In this document: piece by piece, positions 8,698 through 16,495 of the stretch
How the letters are laid out: each line of letters opens with the position of its first letter
Position numbering within the stretch: the first letter of the stretch is position 1
Virus record (IMG/VR): IMGVR_UViG_3300045988_110945
Coordinates: 1-34,270 of that record
DNA: 34,270 bases
Reading direction: 5' to 3' (one strand)
Source of the DNA: a virus
Translations under genes and position numbers: made by a program
The notes under the pieces: generated by a model
Told to the model about the DNA's origin: nothing
The model's input: the letters and a program-made list of their open reading frames with translations, nothing else
Database searches by the model: none

Positions 8698-9300
8698 TTA
8701 TTTATAAAAGTTTACTATTGCCTTGTCCAATTCTTTAAGGTCATTCGGGATGGTGTCGGCTTCAAACATTCCTAGTGGTGTTTTAATGCCTGTACCATCA
8801 GTCCTCACCTTAAAGACGAACTCACCGTCGATAACTGCTGTTTCGATTACCTGATTTGTCAACCCTTCAGGAACGAACTTATCACTTACCATTTTACCAG
8901 TTGTTTTCAACTTCAGTAAGCCTTCGTCGTTTTGCTCGCTGTGAGCCAGGATATAAAATCGCTGGTCTGTGTCTTTCTTCGTAATCAACTCGATGATGTT
9001 GACCACGTTGACTGCCATCTCAGTGAACTTGTCATACCCCTTGATATTAGCTTTCGAAAACTCTTCAAAACTCATAAAGTAGTTGAAGTCGTCAATCACT
9101 ACGATAGGTGCTTTACTGGTTTTAATAGCTGCCGCCAATTCACCATAATTCTTAGCGTGAAATTGCGGAATGTCATTTTTGAACGGTAGTGGTTTACCTG
9201 TTGCTGTGATGTAACCAACGCCGTCAGCTTTCTTAAGATGTCTCAGAGATGAACTTTTACCTGTTCCGCTCCGACCAAGTACAAATGTTAATTGTGCCAT
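8698..9300 (-). CDS. Sak4-like (AAA_24/RecA-fold) recombination ATPase.
   Basis: The Walker A GRSGTGKSS lies near the N-terminus. The protein is about 200 aa and sits between the exonuclease and the SSB-like gene. Confidence 0.6.
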   Translation of the reverse strand: MAQLTFVLGRSGTGKSSSLRHLKKADGVGYITATGKPLPFKNDIPQFHAKNYGELAAAIKTSKAPIVVIDDFNYFMSFEEFSKANIKGYDKFTEMAVNVVNIIELITKKDTDQRFYILAHSEQNDEGLLKLKTTGKMVSDKFVPEGLTNQVIETAVIDGEFVFKVRTDGTGIKTPLGMFEADTIPNDLKELDKAIVNFYK

Positions 9301-9315
9301 AACATAATCCTTTCT

Positions 9316-9675
9316 TTATTGATATTGTTGATACCTTGAGCTTACGTCAGCGGCGCATTGCTCTCCAATTTTTACAAACTCTTGCGTGTGCGACACAAGC
9401 TCTCGCTTGGTCATACCATTATATTTTTGCCCCATCGTGTTACCATAGCAACCGCAATACTCAACAACAATCGGGCTATTTTCTTCAAGACCTAAAGTAG
9501 ACGCCGATTGTTTATAGCAATCTTTCGTTGCCATTAAGAAGAGGTCTTTCTCGGATAGCTTCTCCTCTACAGGGTAATTATGTCCAACGCTAATGAAAAA
9601 ACCTCTGATTGTTACGATAAGCAAAAACGCAAGAAAACTCCACCAGATTTTGGTTAAGGTGTTCTTCATCTTCAT
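9316..9675 (-). CDS. Membrane-anchored/secreted Cys-containing protein (119 aa).
   Basis: An N-terminal signal-anchor (IWWSFLAFLLIVTIRGFFI) is followed by a hydrophilic domain with 5 Cys. The SD is GAGGAG. Confidence 0.5.
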   Translation of the reverse strand: MKMKNTLTKIWWSFLAFLLIVTIRGFFISVGHNYPVEEKLSEKDLFLMATKDCYKQSASTLGLEENSPIVVEYCGCYGNTMGQKYNGMTKRELVSHTQEFVKIGEQCAADVSSRYQQYQ

Positions 9676-9703
9676 CTCCTCGGAACAATTGTGTATGTCG
9701 TCC

Positions 9704-9733
9704 CGTCAGTCGTCCCGAGAGGGTAAACTGACG
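9704..9733 (-). promoter_or_regulatory. Hairpin in the 5' UTR just upstream of the SD of the secreted-protein gene.
   Basis: CGTCAGT...ACTGACG forms a 7-bp stem with an inner TCCC/GGGA stem. Confidence 0.3.
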
Positions 9734-9763
9734 AGATGTGTGTTACGTCAATTTTCATATCTT

Positions 9764-10495
9764 CTAAAATCCTATATCATCTGGTATCACTACTTCTTCA
9801 TTTTCAGTGATACCTTGGTTATTATTCATATATTGTGTAAGCAATTCTGGGTCAAAACTCTTTACTCCTAAGTCGGATAACTCTGGCAAATCTAGTGGCT
9901 CGTGCAATCGCTCGTAAATCTGCTTGATGAGCTCGTCATTCCGCTCGATACGTATGATGATGTAGTGCTGGGTTTTAAGGTTGACTACTATGTAATCTAC
10001 CCAATCAGCTCCAGAAGCCATCATTTGACCCTGAACCTGCAATTCGTGCTTGTGAGGTATTCCATTCTCCATAATATCCATAAAGGTATTATCGCCAACC
10101 ACCTTGCATTCAAGTAGCCCTTTCTTTAAGGTTTTCGCCTCGACTACATTTGCGTCTGGTGTTGCGACGAACCAATCTGATATATAAGAAAATGCCTCAG
10201 ACAATTTGTTGCCAGTGTCTTTCTGGTACACCAGCTTAGCGAAATCTTCAAAATACACACCGTCTGCCATAGCTTTGGTCTGAAAACTATTATAAGTAAC
10301 GCCAAAACGTCGCTCAAACGCTAGTTTTTTCAGATATTCCTTAGCCTTAGCGGTAGGTGTGCCATCTCGCTTAGTTTCGAATAACTCGGCAAGCATACTT
10401 GCGGACGGCTTGCCCGCACGCTCTTTGTACCACTCAGCCGACCGTTGTGGTGCAGTTGATAATGTAAACTCTTTACTATAATCTACCATTCTCAA
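9764..10495 (-). CDS. YqaJ-type (lambda Exo-like) 5'-3' alkaline exonuclease, PD-(D/E)xK family.
   Basis: SAEWYKERAGKPSASMLAELFE is the YqaJ N-terminal motif, and the E.K motif is LLECKVVGDN. Confidence 0.7.
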   Translation of the reverse strand: MRMVDYSKEFTLSTAPQRSAEWYKERAGKPSASMLAELFETKRDGTPTAKAKEYLKKLAFERRFGVTYNSFQTKAMADGVYFEDFAKLVYQKDTGNKLSEAFSYISDWFVATPDANVVEAKTLKKGLLECKVVGDNTFMDIMENGIPHKHELQVQGQMMASGADWVDYIVVNLKTQHYIIIRIERNDELIKQIYERLHEPLDLPELSDLGVKSFDPELLTQYMNNNQGITENEEVVIPDDIGF

Positions 10496-10719
10496 TACTC
10501 CTCTAGCCTTGACCGCTCGGCGTATTCTTCCGCTAACTCGGCTCTTAAGTCGTTCTCGTCTTCTATCTGTTGCTCAGCTAAGTCTTCTAGCAAGCTCTCA
10601 GCCCCTTCTAGCAACTCCTCGAACTCTTTACGCCTTGATAGCAACCAAGTCGCGTCTTGCTGATTGTTTAATGGCTTATAGCCGCTAAACTCCAGCACTT
10701 CTCGTAAAGTTACACTCAT
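10492..10719 (-). CDS. Small acidic hypothetical protein (75 aa).
   Basis: The SD is AAGGAGG. There is a 4-nt overlap with the exonuclease gene. Confidence 0.45.
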   Translation of the reverse strand: MSVTLREVLEFSGYKPLNNQQDATWLLSRRKEFEELLEGAESLLEDLAEQQIEDENDLRAELAEEYAERSRLEEY

Positions 10720-10759
10720 ACATACCTCCTTTGCTTAGATATGCTTATTTAATATTATA

Positions 10760-10836
10760 TGGCTCCACCAGTTGGGCTCGAACCAACAAACCCCTTCGTT
10801 AACAGCGAAGTGCTCTACCTATTGAGCTATGGTGGA
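10760..10836 (-). tRNA. tRNA-Asn (anticodon GUU).
   Basis: A cloverleaf was folded by hand. The acceptor is TCCACCA/TGGTGGA. The D-arm is GCTC-AATAGGTA-GAGC. The anticodon arm is CTTCG-CTGTTAA-CGAAG. The T-arm is GTTGG-TTCGAGC-CCAAC. Discriminator G and CCA are encoded. The variable loop appears to be 6 nt, which is slightly unusual. Confidence 0.75.
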
Positions 10837-10839
10837 ATA

Positions 10840-11420
10840 TATCCCAGAGGTTGTAGACGCTCGCAGTCGCCTACAACACCCTGATTGCCAAGCACGATGC
10901 ACGGGTGGGCAAAAAAACATCGCACTCAGCAATCAAGGCAAAACGATATTCAAGACGATTGAAGTCAACCGCATAACTGGGGCAAGGCGACACCAAGTGT
11001 ATATCATTAAGTGAGTTAATTACTTTAAGGTTTTGATGTCGCCAGCTAGACTAACAACCCATAGATGAAACGAGACCTGATTGTTAGTCCAGTTATGCGG
11101 TTGAGAATAAAACCGCGTCGTTTTGCTCTGATTATCCTAGTTGTTAAAGTTCGTCAACCGTCCCTTGTCGCACAAGTCGCTAGGTTTTCCATTCGGTAAC
11201 CTGTCTCGCTATTGCTTGACGTTGTTGTTATGTGGGATTGATAGCTCCAGTTTAGGTTGTGTGAGGTCGCGATTAGGGTAGACTCTCGGCGGTTATTTTA
11301 TTAGTGGTTGCCGCTCCACTGCTTTTGCCGTCTAATCGCTGAAATGTCCTTTATAGCCTTTGCTTTTGCTATGTTTTTATTGTATCAAGCTCGTTCTAAT
11401 TTGTCAACACTTTTTTTGCT
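10840..11420. other. Roughly 560-580 bp gene-free region with extensive nested inverted repeats; candidate structured ncRNA or replication origin.
   Basis: No ORF longer than 60 aa is present. A 14-bp perfect inverted repeat (AACCGCATAACTGG at 10965-10978 and CCAGTTATGCGGTT at 11088-11101) encloses two inner hairpins (GGCGACA/TGTCGCC and GACTAACAA/TTGTTAGTC). There is also a hairpin GTTGTAGACG..CGCCTACAAC at 10850-10877. Confidence 0.35.
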
Positions 11421-11561
11421 TTATTTTTCCTCCGTTTCTTCTATCTCGCCTAACAATCTCAGCAAATCTTGTCCGTTCAGATAAACTGTACGTTCAATGA
11501 TGTTGTAACCGTCTTTCAATATGTCAATTCGGTCATCGTGAACTATTATAGTTTTACTCAT
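11421..11561 (-). CDS. Small protein (46 aa, MSKTIIVHDDRIDILKDGYNIIERTVYLNGQDLLRLLGEIEETEEK).
   Basis: Its start overlaps the stop of the upstream small gene (ATGAGTAA), which suggests translational coupling. It is below the ORF-track size cutoff. Confidence 0.35.
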   Translation of the reverse strand: MSKTIIVHDDRIDILKDGYNIIERTVYLNGQDLLRLLGEIEETEEK

Positions 11562-11718
11562 CAGTCTTCTCCTGCTCAATTGCCTTAAGTTGTTGCCTCA
11601 ATAAGTAGCCTGCCGTCCACGTTGTAGACGCGTGCATCTTTTCCGCAACCTCTTTAATCTGGTTCAGAAGTTCTTCTTCAATCCGTATAAACTTCATCGG
11701 CTTTTTAGTTTTTTGCAT
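11554..11718 (-). CDS. Small ribbon-helix-helix-like putative DNA-binding protein (54 aa, MQKTKKPMKFIRIEEELLNQIKEVAEKMHASTTWTAGYLLRQQLKAIEQEKTDE).
   Basis: The SD is GAAGGAG. KFIRI could be a beta-strand followed by two helices, as in CopG/Arc. A perfect 8-bp hairpin (11731-11754) lies just upstream. Confidence 0.35.
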   Translation of the reverse strand: MQKTKKPMKFIRIEEELLNQIKEVAEKMHASTTWTAGYLLRQQLKAIEQEKTDE

Positions 11719-11777
11719 ATAGTTCTCCTTCTGCCCGTTTTATGCCACGGGCAGGCAATTTTATTTAATCATCTGTG

Positions 11778-12017
11778 CTAGTTAGTTCTGTGCTTATAAA
11801 TTACTTCATGCCCCTGCGCCTCTCGCTCAGCCATCGCCTTTAACACCTCACATACTTCTGGCGACATATAAGGTCGCGCAACCTTAGCCCACTCATAGGC
11901 TTGTCGGTATGAAGTCTTTCCCTCAAAAATCAGGTACAATTCATCTGCGTCAGCTTGCGTCAATCCATATGTCTTACGCCCAACCTTAAACTGATGTGCT
12001 GGTAACATTCTTTTCAT
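11778..12017 (-). CDS. Hypothetical protein (79 aa).
   Basis: An ORF in the operon. Confidence 0.45.
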   Translation of the reverse strand: MKRMLPAHQFKVGRKTYGLTQADADELYLIFEGKTSYRQAYEWAKVARPYMSPEVCEVLKAMAEREAQGHEVIYKHRTN

Positions 12018-12028
12018 TTTACAAACTC

Positions 12029-12559
12029 CTACCTTACTACCTCTTTAATGTCCCAATAATCCGCCTCTGTCCAGTTGCTGTCGTATTTTTCTAGCTTGTT
12101 CCGGATTGCCCAGAGGTCATACGCCTCAACCACGCTATAATCATCATTACTCATCACGTACAATGTCCCCAGATTTTGAGATAGCTCCAGATAATACCTG
12201 TCATCTGGGTCTTCTGCCGCTTCCCTGACCTTGTCGTGAGTGTTCTCTAGCGCACTTAATATCTCTATCCACGCCGCAATCTCTTTATCCCGCAATCCGT
12301 CTAGGATATCCTTAGCTATCGGCTCGCCTGGTGTATTTAGCATATCGTCCAGCCAATCCGCCACCGTGCATTTTTTCAAAGTTTCCTCCACGTCCTCGCT
12401 GTTGTATTGCGCCTCAAGCATAGACGTTATCCACTCTTTATAGTCCTCCAGTCCCGCTTGCGTCTGTAGGTATTCTTTTAGTGCTCTATTATTCGCTCCG
12501 TCGTCTTTTAGGTTATAGCCATCTCGTGCCATATCTTTGGCAATCTCTTCAATATTCAT
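12029..12559 (-). CDS. Hypothetical protein. The probable start is the MNIEE ATG at 12559, preceded by the SD GAGAGGA. The ORF is open up to 12634.
   Basis: The internal ATG has a good SD. The upstream extension runs into a repeat/palindrome region. Confidence 0.45.
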   Translation of the reverse strand: MNIEEIAKDMARDGYNLKDDGANNRALKEYLQTQAGLEDYKEWITSMLEAQYNSEDVEETLKKCTVADWLDDMLNTPGEPIAKDILDGLRDKEIAAWIEILSALENTHDKVREAAEDPDDRYYLELSQNLGTLYVMSNDDYSVVEAYDLWAIRNKLEKYDSNWTEADYWDIKEVVR

Positions 12560-12646
12560 TTTAATAATCCTCTCTTCTCTTCTTATCCTTTTATACCGTA
12601 ACAAACTAATTCCGCCCCGCCACGTCTCAAACATTCCTGGGTGTTC

Positions 12647-12695
12647 TGGTGGTCGATATAGACCACCACCGCCGCCACTACCAGCACCACCGCTA
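12647..12695. promoter_or_regulatory. Perfect palindrome TGGTGGTC-GATATA-GACCACCA followed by an (ACC/GCC)-rich repeat tract, in an intergenic position.
   Basis: Seen directly in the sequence. No U-tract follows, so it is not a canonical terminator. Confidence 0.3.
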
Positions 12696-12712
12696 GAGCT
12701 ATCTTCTCGCGT

Positions 12713-13063
12713 TTAGTCATTCTTCTCGCCCTCTCTCTTAATTTTCTCTAGTGCTGTTGCCACTTTGTCAACGTAGACCGTCCACAGATACGGCTTATTC
12801 CCCCGCATTTTCAGATAATAATCTTTATCGTCGATATCATCCCAGTACGGTCCAGTTGCTCGCGTTGAGATGTAGCGGCTAGCGTCAAACTTGTCGCCAT
12901 ACCATTCCGCCATCGCGTCCCACGCGTCGCTATAAGTACAAGCAAAACAGCCGCCCTTTACTAATTCTCTGCCCGTCGCATCGTCCAGCATCTCGCGTAA
13001 TTCATCGTCTGAGTACCATTCATTAAGATGTTTTTTGATTGCTTGATATTCCTGTATAGTCAT
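12713..13063 (-). CDS. Hypothetical protein (116 aa).
   Basis: An ORF in the operon. Confidence 0.45.
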   Translation of the reverse strand: MTIQEYQAIKKHLNEWYSDDELREMLDDATGRELVKGGCFACTYSDAWDAMAEWYGDKFDASRYISTRATGPYWDDIDDKDYYLKMRGNKPYLWTVYVDKVATALEKIKREGEKND

Positions 13064-13067
13064 CGCT

Positions 13068-13328
13068 CTACCTCTCTACTTCCTTTTTCACCTTGTCATA
13101 TTGTGCGCGTGCATCCGTTAGCGCGTCAAAAGTCGCCCAGCCGTTGCCCTCACGCGTCCAGTAGCGGTACATCTCGCCGTCGTCCAGCTTCCACTGCACG
13201 TGGTACACGCCGTGCTCCATCAAAATCGTCGCGCGCTTGCTACCGCTCTCTACCGCCTCGATATACCCGCACGCAAACCCGTACGCTGATATCCGCCCGT
13301 CTTTAGTTCTGATATTGCTTCTAGTCAT
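13068..13328 (-). CDS. Hypothetical protein (86 aa); first gene of the leftward operon.
   Basis: The SD is GGAAGGG. The gene is about 100 nt downstream of the leftward promoter. Confidence 0.45.
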   Translation of the reverse strand: MTRSNIRTKDGRISAYGFACGYIEAVESGSKRATILMEHGVYHVQWKLDDGEMYRYWTREGNGWATFDALTDARAQYDKVKKEVER

Positions 13329-13430
13329 AGCATTTTGCCCTTCCGTTTGACTTAATTTTGATAGTTATTCGTTAAGTGTTGACTATCGCACCTTGATTGA
13401 TGTTGTGCTGTTTCCTTCTTAACTGTCTTT

Positions 13431-13459
13431 ATTATAGCAAAGTGTGTACATAAATGCAA
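13431..13459 (-). promoter_or_regulatory. Leftward sigma70-like early promoter: -35 TTGCAT, a 17-nt spacer, -10 TATAAT.
   Basis: Near-consensus hexamers with optimal spacing on the minus strand. It lies about 100 nt upstream of the first leftward gene. Confidence 0.45.
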
Positions 13460-13559
13460 TACTTTTTGTATACTTTTTTTGACTTTTTTGTATATTTTTT
13501 GTGTATGGGTGAGTGTTGTAAATAAAACATAATATAATGGGTAAAATGTCAAGGGTGAG

Positions 13560-13680
13560 TAACTTTATTTTATGCCTTGTTTTATGAAATTACAGAGAAG
13601 ATTTTTTTTTAAATTTTTTTATTTTTTTTTCTTTGTTTTTTTAAGAAAAAAAAAAAATAAATATATAAGTAAAATATATA
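13560..13680. repeat. Homopolymer-rich AT tract (T10, T7, T10, T7, then A13) in the divergent control region; candidate DNA-unwinding or bent element.
   Basis: Seen directly in the sequence. Direct repeats of TTTTTGTATA lie nearby at 13462-13500. Confidence 0.5.
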
Positions 13681-13867
13681 TACTTTTTATAGACTTTACA
13701 GGATGTCAAGTATAGTAGATAGTATAATATAGCATATGTATAGAATATAATAGATTTGACATATAATAAACTATATGGGGGGGTATGCATAAAAAGGGAG
13801 GAGGGAGGAGGCATATATATATTCCTTTCCTCTCTCCAGGAAAATAATTTGAAACTTTGTCAATATA

Positions 13868-13897
13868 TTGACTTACATCTCCTCACTATGCTATTAT
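13868..13897 (+). promoter_or_regulatory. Rightward promoter candidate: TTGACT, an 18-nt spacer, TATTAT. It ends only about 7 nt before the ATG at 13904, which implies a leaderless transcript.
   Basis: The hexamers were read on the plus strand. There is no SD before the ATG at 13904. Confidence 0.3.
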
Positions 13898-13903
13898 TGA
13901 AAT

Positions 13904-14290
13904 ATGGAAGAACAATTTTTACCGAAACATCTTGTTGAGCAACACCAATCATTGATTGAATTTGCCGACAAACACAATATCGATAAGGCAGTGATAGATA
14001 ACGGGGAGTATATTCTCAGATACAGCCGAAAGAAATCAGAGCCGAGTATTCAGTTGGTGCGAGTGAGTGTTAGGCTATATTTGCACGGACGGATACGAGT
14101 GGTGCAACTGAGAGAGGGGCAATCAGACGTTGAGGAGGTGCGGAGCAAGCTAGTGAAGCAGGCGAGAGATTACCAGCGAGCGTGGCGTGAGGCGCATCGG
14201 GAGAAGGCGACGGCTTACCAGCGACGGTACCAGCGGCAGTATCGGGAGAAGCAGGCGGCGATGCGTGAGGAGTTGGCGAGCCGAGGCTAA
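13904..14290 (+). CDS. Hypothetical protein with an Arg/Gln-rich basic C-terminus (128 aa).
   Basis: This is the first rightward ORF. The C-terminal RRYQRQYREKQ stretch suggests nucleic-acid binding. Confidence 0.4.
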   Translation: MEEQFLPKHLVEQHQSLIEFADKHNIDKAVIDNGEYILRYSRKKSEPSIQLVRVSVRLYLHGRIRVVQLREGQSDVEEVRSKLVKQARDYQRAWREAHREKATAYQRRYQRQYREKQAAMREELASRG

Positions 14291-14344
14291 GACGGATTAC
14301 AGCTAGGGTTTAATCAATTAAGCAAATATCAGGAGGGGATTAAA

Positions 14345-14536
14345 GTGAGTAGGGTGCTTGTGGTGATGCGGAATAAGGACGTGTATCACTTAACGACAGA
14401 GGAGTTTAAGAGGCTGAGGCGGGCGATTGACGACCATAAGGAGTGGGTCAGTTTGCGGGATTACAAGCTGGGGGACACGGTGCTTGTGAGTCTGAGGCAG
14501 GTCAGTTCAGTGGTGGTGCGAGGAGGCAGTGAGTGA
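14345..14536 (+). CDS. Hypothetical protein (63 aa, GTG start).
   Basis: The SD is AGGAGGGG. Its stop overlaps the next gene's start (TGATG). Confidence 0.4.
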   Translation: MSRVLVVMRNKDVYHLTTEEFKRLRRAIDDHKEWVSLRDYKLGDTVLVSLRQVSSVVVRGGSE

Positions 14537-15867
14537 TGGACGAGGCGACTACAGCGGACGAGTTCCCAACACTTGCCGAAACGGCACGCAACCAGGACGT
14601 GTTGCAATGGTTTTACAAGAGGGTGGTGGAGCATTTTTCCGAGGCACCACTATATCTCAGACGGTCGGAGCATGGGCTGGCTATCCGAGTGGGCGGTCAG
14701 TGGCGGCAATACCGTCGTGGCGAGCAGGTAGCGTTTTGGCGGGATGCGATGCGGGAGTGCCAGCAACTGAGGGATAGCAACTGGTCGACTAAGCGACAAC
14801 AAGCCCTCTGGGATTACTTTATGGTGTATGCTTCAGAGATTACGTTTGACAACAGGCGGTATTTTGAGATGAGGAATGCGGTACTTGACGGGTATACAGG
14901 GGAGTTGGACGAGTCGGAAACCCGCTTTTTGCTACATCCGACTACTCGGTCTTCACAGCTGTCATACAACCCAGAGTACACGCCGACACCAGCTTGGCAG
15001 AAGTGGTATGCGACGATGGACGAGCATCAGCAGGCGGTCAGGGATTGGTCGGTAGGGTCTGCTTTGATTGGTGAGCACGGGCTACTTTTCACGTTTGGTC
15101 AGTCCCGTACAGGGAAAAGTACGCTGGCTGAGGGGCTGGCTGAGGTGCTAGGCGACGGGGCGGGCGTGTTTTCACTGAGTAGGAATTGGGGGCGGTTCTA
15201 CACTCAGCATATGGACAACACGACTTATCTGTATGACGCGGACGCTAAGGGAGCGAAAAATCAGAACAACGACAACTACGGTACGCTGCATTTGATGGCG
15301 AGTGGCGACCCTATCCAGGTGGAGGTTAAGGGTGGTGAGGTGTATCAGACGACCAATTATGGCTTTATTGAGGTGGTTTCTAACGCTCCAGCCACAATGA
15401 GTTTCGAGCAATCGCTGGTTGACCGCGTGCGGTTTTGTCTGTATACGTATATCAGCCCACGCTCTGACGGTGGTCATATGAAACGGCTTATCTTGGCGGA
15501 CAAGCAGGCGTGGCTTAACTACGCGGTCAGTTGTGCCATCAAGCTAGCTAAGGGTGAGGTGGAGCGACCAGCAATCGACAAATACCAGATGTATGGTTGG
15601 GTATTGTGGTTACGCGAGGCTAACACTTATGGTAAAATGTGTATTGAGGAAGGTCGCGTGTTGACCTATCAGGAATACAAATATGCTTATGAGGGGGCTA
15701 ACAGATATATGCTCACGAGGGAAACAGTAGATGCAATGCAAGAGGGTTTCAGGGAGTTGTCGAGGCAATTCGGTGAGGACTTTTTGCGGGTCGACTGGGA
15801 CGAGTACGGGGAGCAGTTGAGGAAAGAATATTATGGCGCAGAAGAAGAAGCTCCAGAACTTTTTTAA
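14536..15867 (+). CDS. Putative SF3-type (D5/P4 primase-associated) helicase/NTPase.
   Basis: The Walker A is FGQSRTGKST. YLYDAD is Walker B-like and IEVVSNAP is a motif C-like SN. An AGGAGG SD lies 9 nt upstream of ATG 14536. Confidence 0.45.
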   Translation: MDEATTADEFPTLAETARNQDVLQWFYKRVVEHFSEAPLYLRRSEHGLAIRVGGQWRQYRRGEQVAFWRDAMRECQQLRDSNWSTKRQQALWDYFMVYASEITFDNRRYFEMRNAVLDGYTGELDESETRFLLHPTTRSSQLSYNPEYTPTPAWQKWYATMDEHQQAVRDWSVGSALIGEHGLLFTFGQSRTGKSTLAEGLAEVLGDGAGVFSLSRNWGRFYTQHMDNTTYLYDADAKGAKNQNNDNYGTLHLMASGDPIQVEVKGGEVYQTTNYGFIEVVSNAPATMSFEQSLVDRVRFCLYTYISPRSDGGHMKRLILADKQAWLNYAVSCAIKLAKGEVERPAIDKYQMYGWVLWLREANTYGKMCIEEGRVLTYQEYKYAYEGANRYMLTRETVDAMQEGFRELSRQFGEDFLRVDWDEYGEQLRKEYYGAEEEAPELF

Positions 15868-16495
15868 CGACTTTCTCCCGATGAATTATCGGGAGTTTCG
15901 TCAAGCAGTCCCCGAGATGAGTGCGAATCAGGCTGTGGTGGCAGAACTTTTACGTGTCTGCTGTGAGGAGAATGACGTGAAGGCGATGAAAATGGCGTTT
16001 GAGCGTATCCTTGGTAAGCCTGAGCGGGTTTTGGTCATAAAACGCACCGTCGTTCGTACGATATTTCCTGACGCTACAAAGAAACTCGACAAGCCCGTGG
16101 AGCCAACACGGGTACAGGACGAAACTGTGGCGGTAAAGCAGGGCGACGAGCCAGTTATCATTGAGGAGACTAACTCACCAGGACATATCTTGCGTAAAGA
16201 ACTAGACGAAGTGGGTGAGAGCGGGCAGGCATATGCGTATGAGGTGGGCGATACCCGCGATAAGCATACCGTGGCTCGAGTTCTTGCCTCTAATGTCTAT
16301 GCCGTGGCTATGCGTGGTGGCAACCTTGGAGCTATAGACCTGCTATTTAACTATTTAGACGGTGCTGTAGCCGACGTAGTGAGGTTAGATGGGTTAGATA
16401 CCCTTTTGTTAGAAAACTACGCTGAGATAGCCCCATATGAAGCCATACAGGGCGATGACGGCGTGTGGTATATAGAAAGTGAGATTATGGGATGA
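15833..16495 (+). CDS. Hypothetical protein (220 aa); possible small terminase subunit, by position only.
   Basis: It lies immediately upstream of the large terminase. There is no motif evidence. Confidence 0.35.
   Translation: MAQKKKLQNFFNDFLPMNYREFRQAVPEMSANQAVVAELLRVCCEENDVKAMKMAFERILGKPERVLVIKRTVVRTIFPDATKKLDKPVEPTRVQDETVAVKQGDEPVIIEETNSPGHILRKELDEVGESGQAYAYEVGDTRDKHTVARVLASNVYAVAMRGGNLGAIDLLFNYLDGAVADVVRLDGLDTLLLENYAEIAPYEAIQGDDGVWYIESEIMG

Noticed and set aside
10829-11014. 61-aa plus-strand ORF overlapping the 5' end of the tRNA and the hairpin at 10850-10877.
   Set aside because: It overlaps a confidently folded tRNA on the other strand. It has no SD and lies within the structured non-coding region.
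13756-13938. 60-aa ORF within the divergent control region.
   Set aside because: It is composed of homopolymer and low-complexity sequence (GGGGGGG, GGGAGGAGG) with no SD. The region is better explained as regulatory DNA.
14529-14777. 82-aa Gly/Arg-rich ORF in an alternative frame at the start of the helicase gene.
   Set aside because: It is fully nested in a longer ORF that has an SD and helicase motifs. Its composition is biased.
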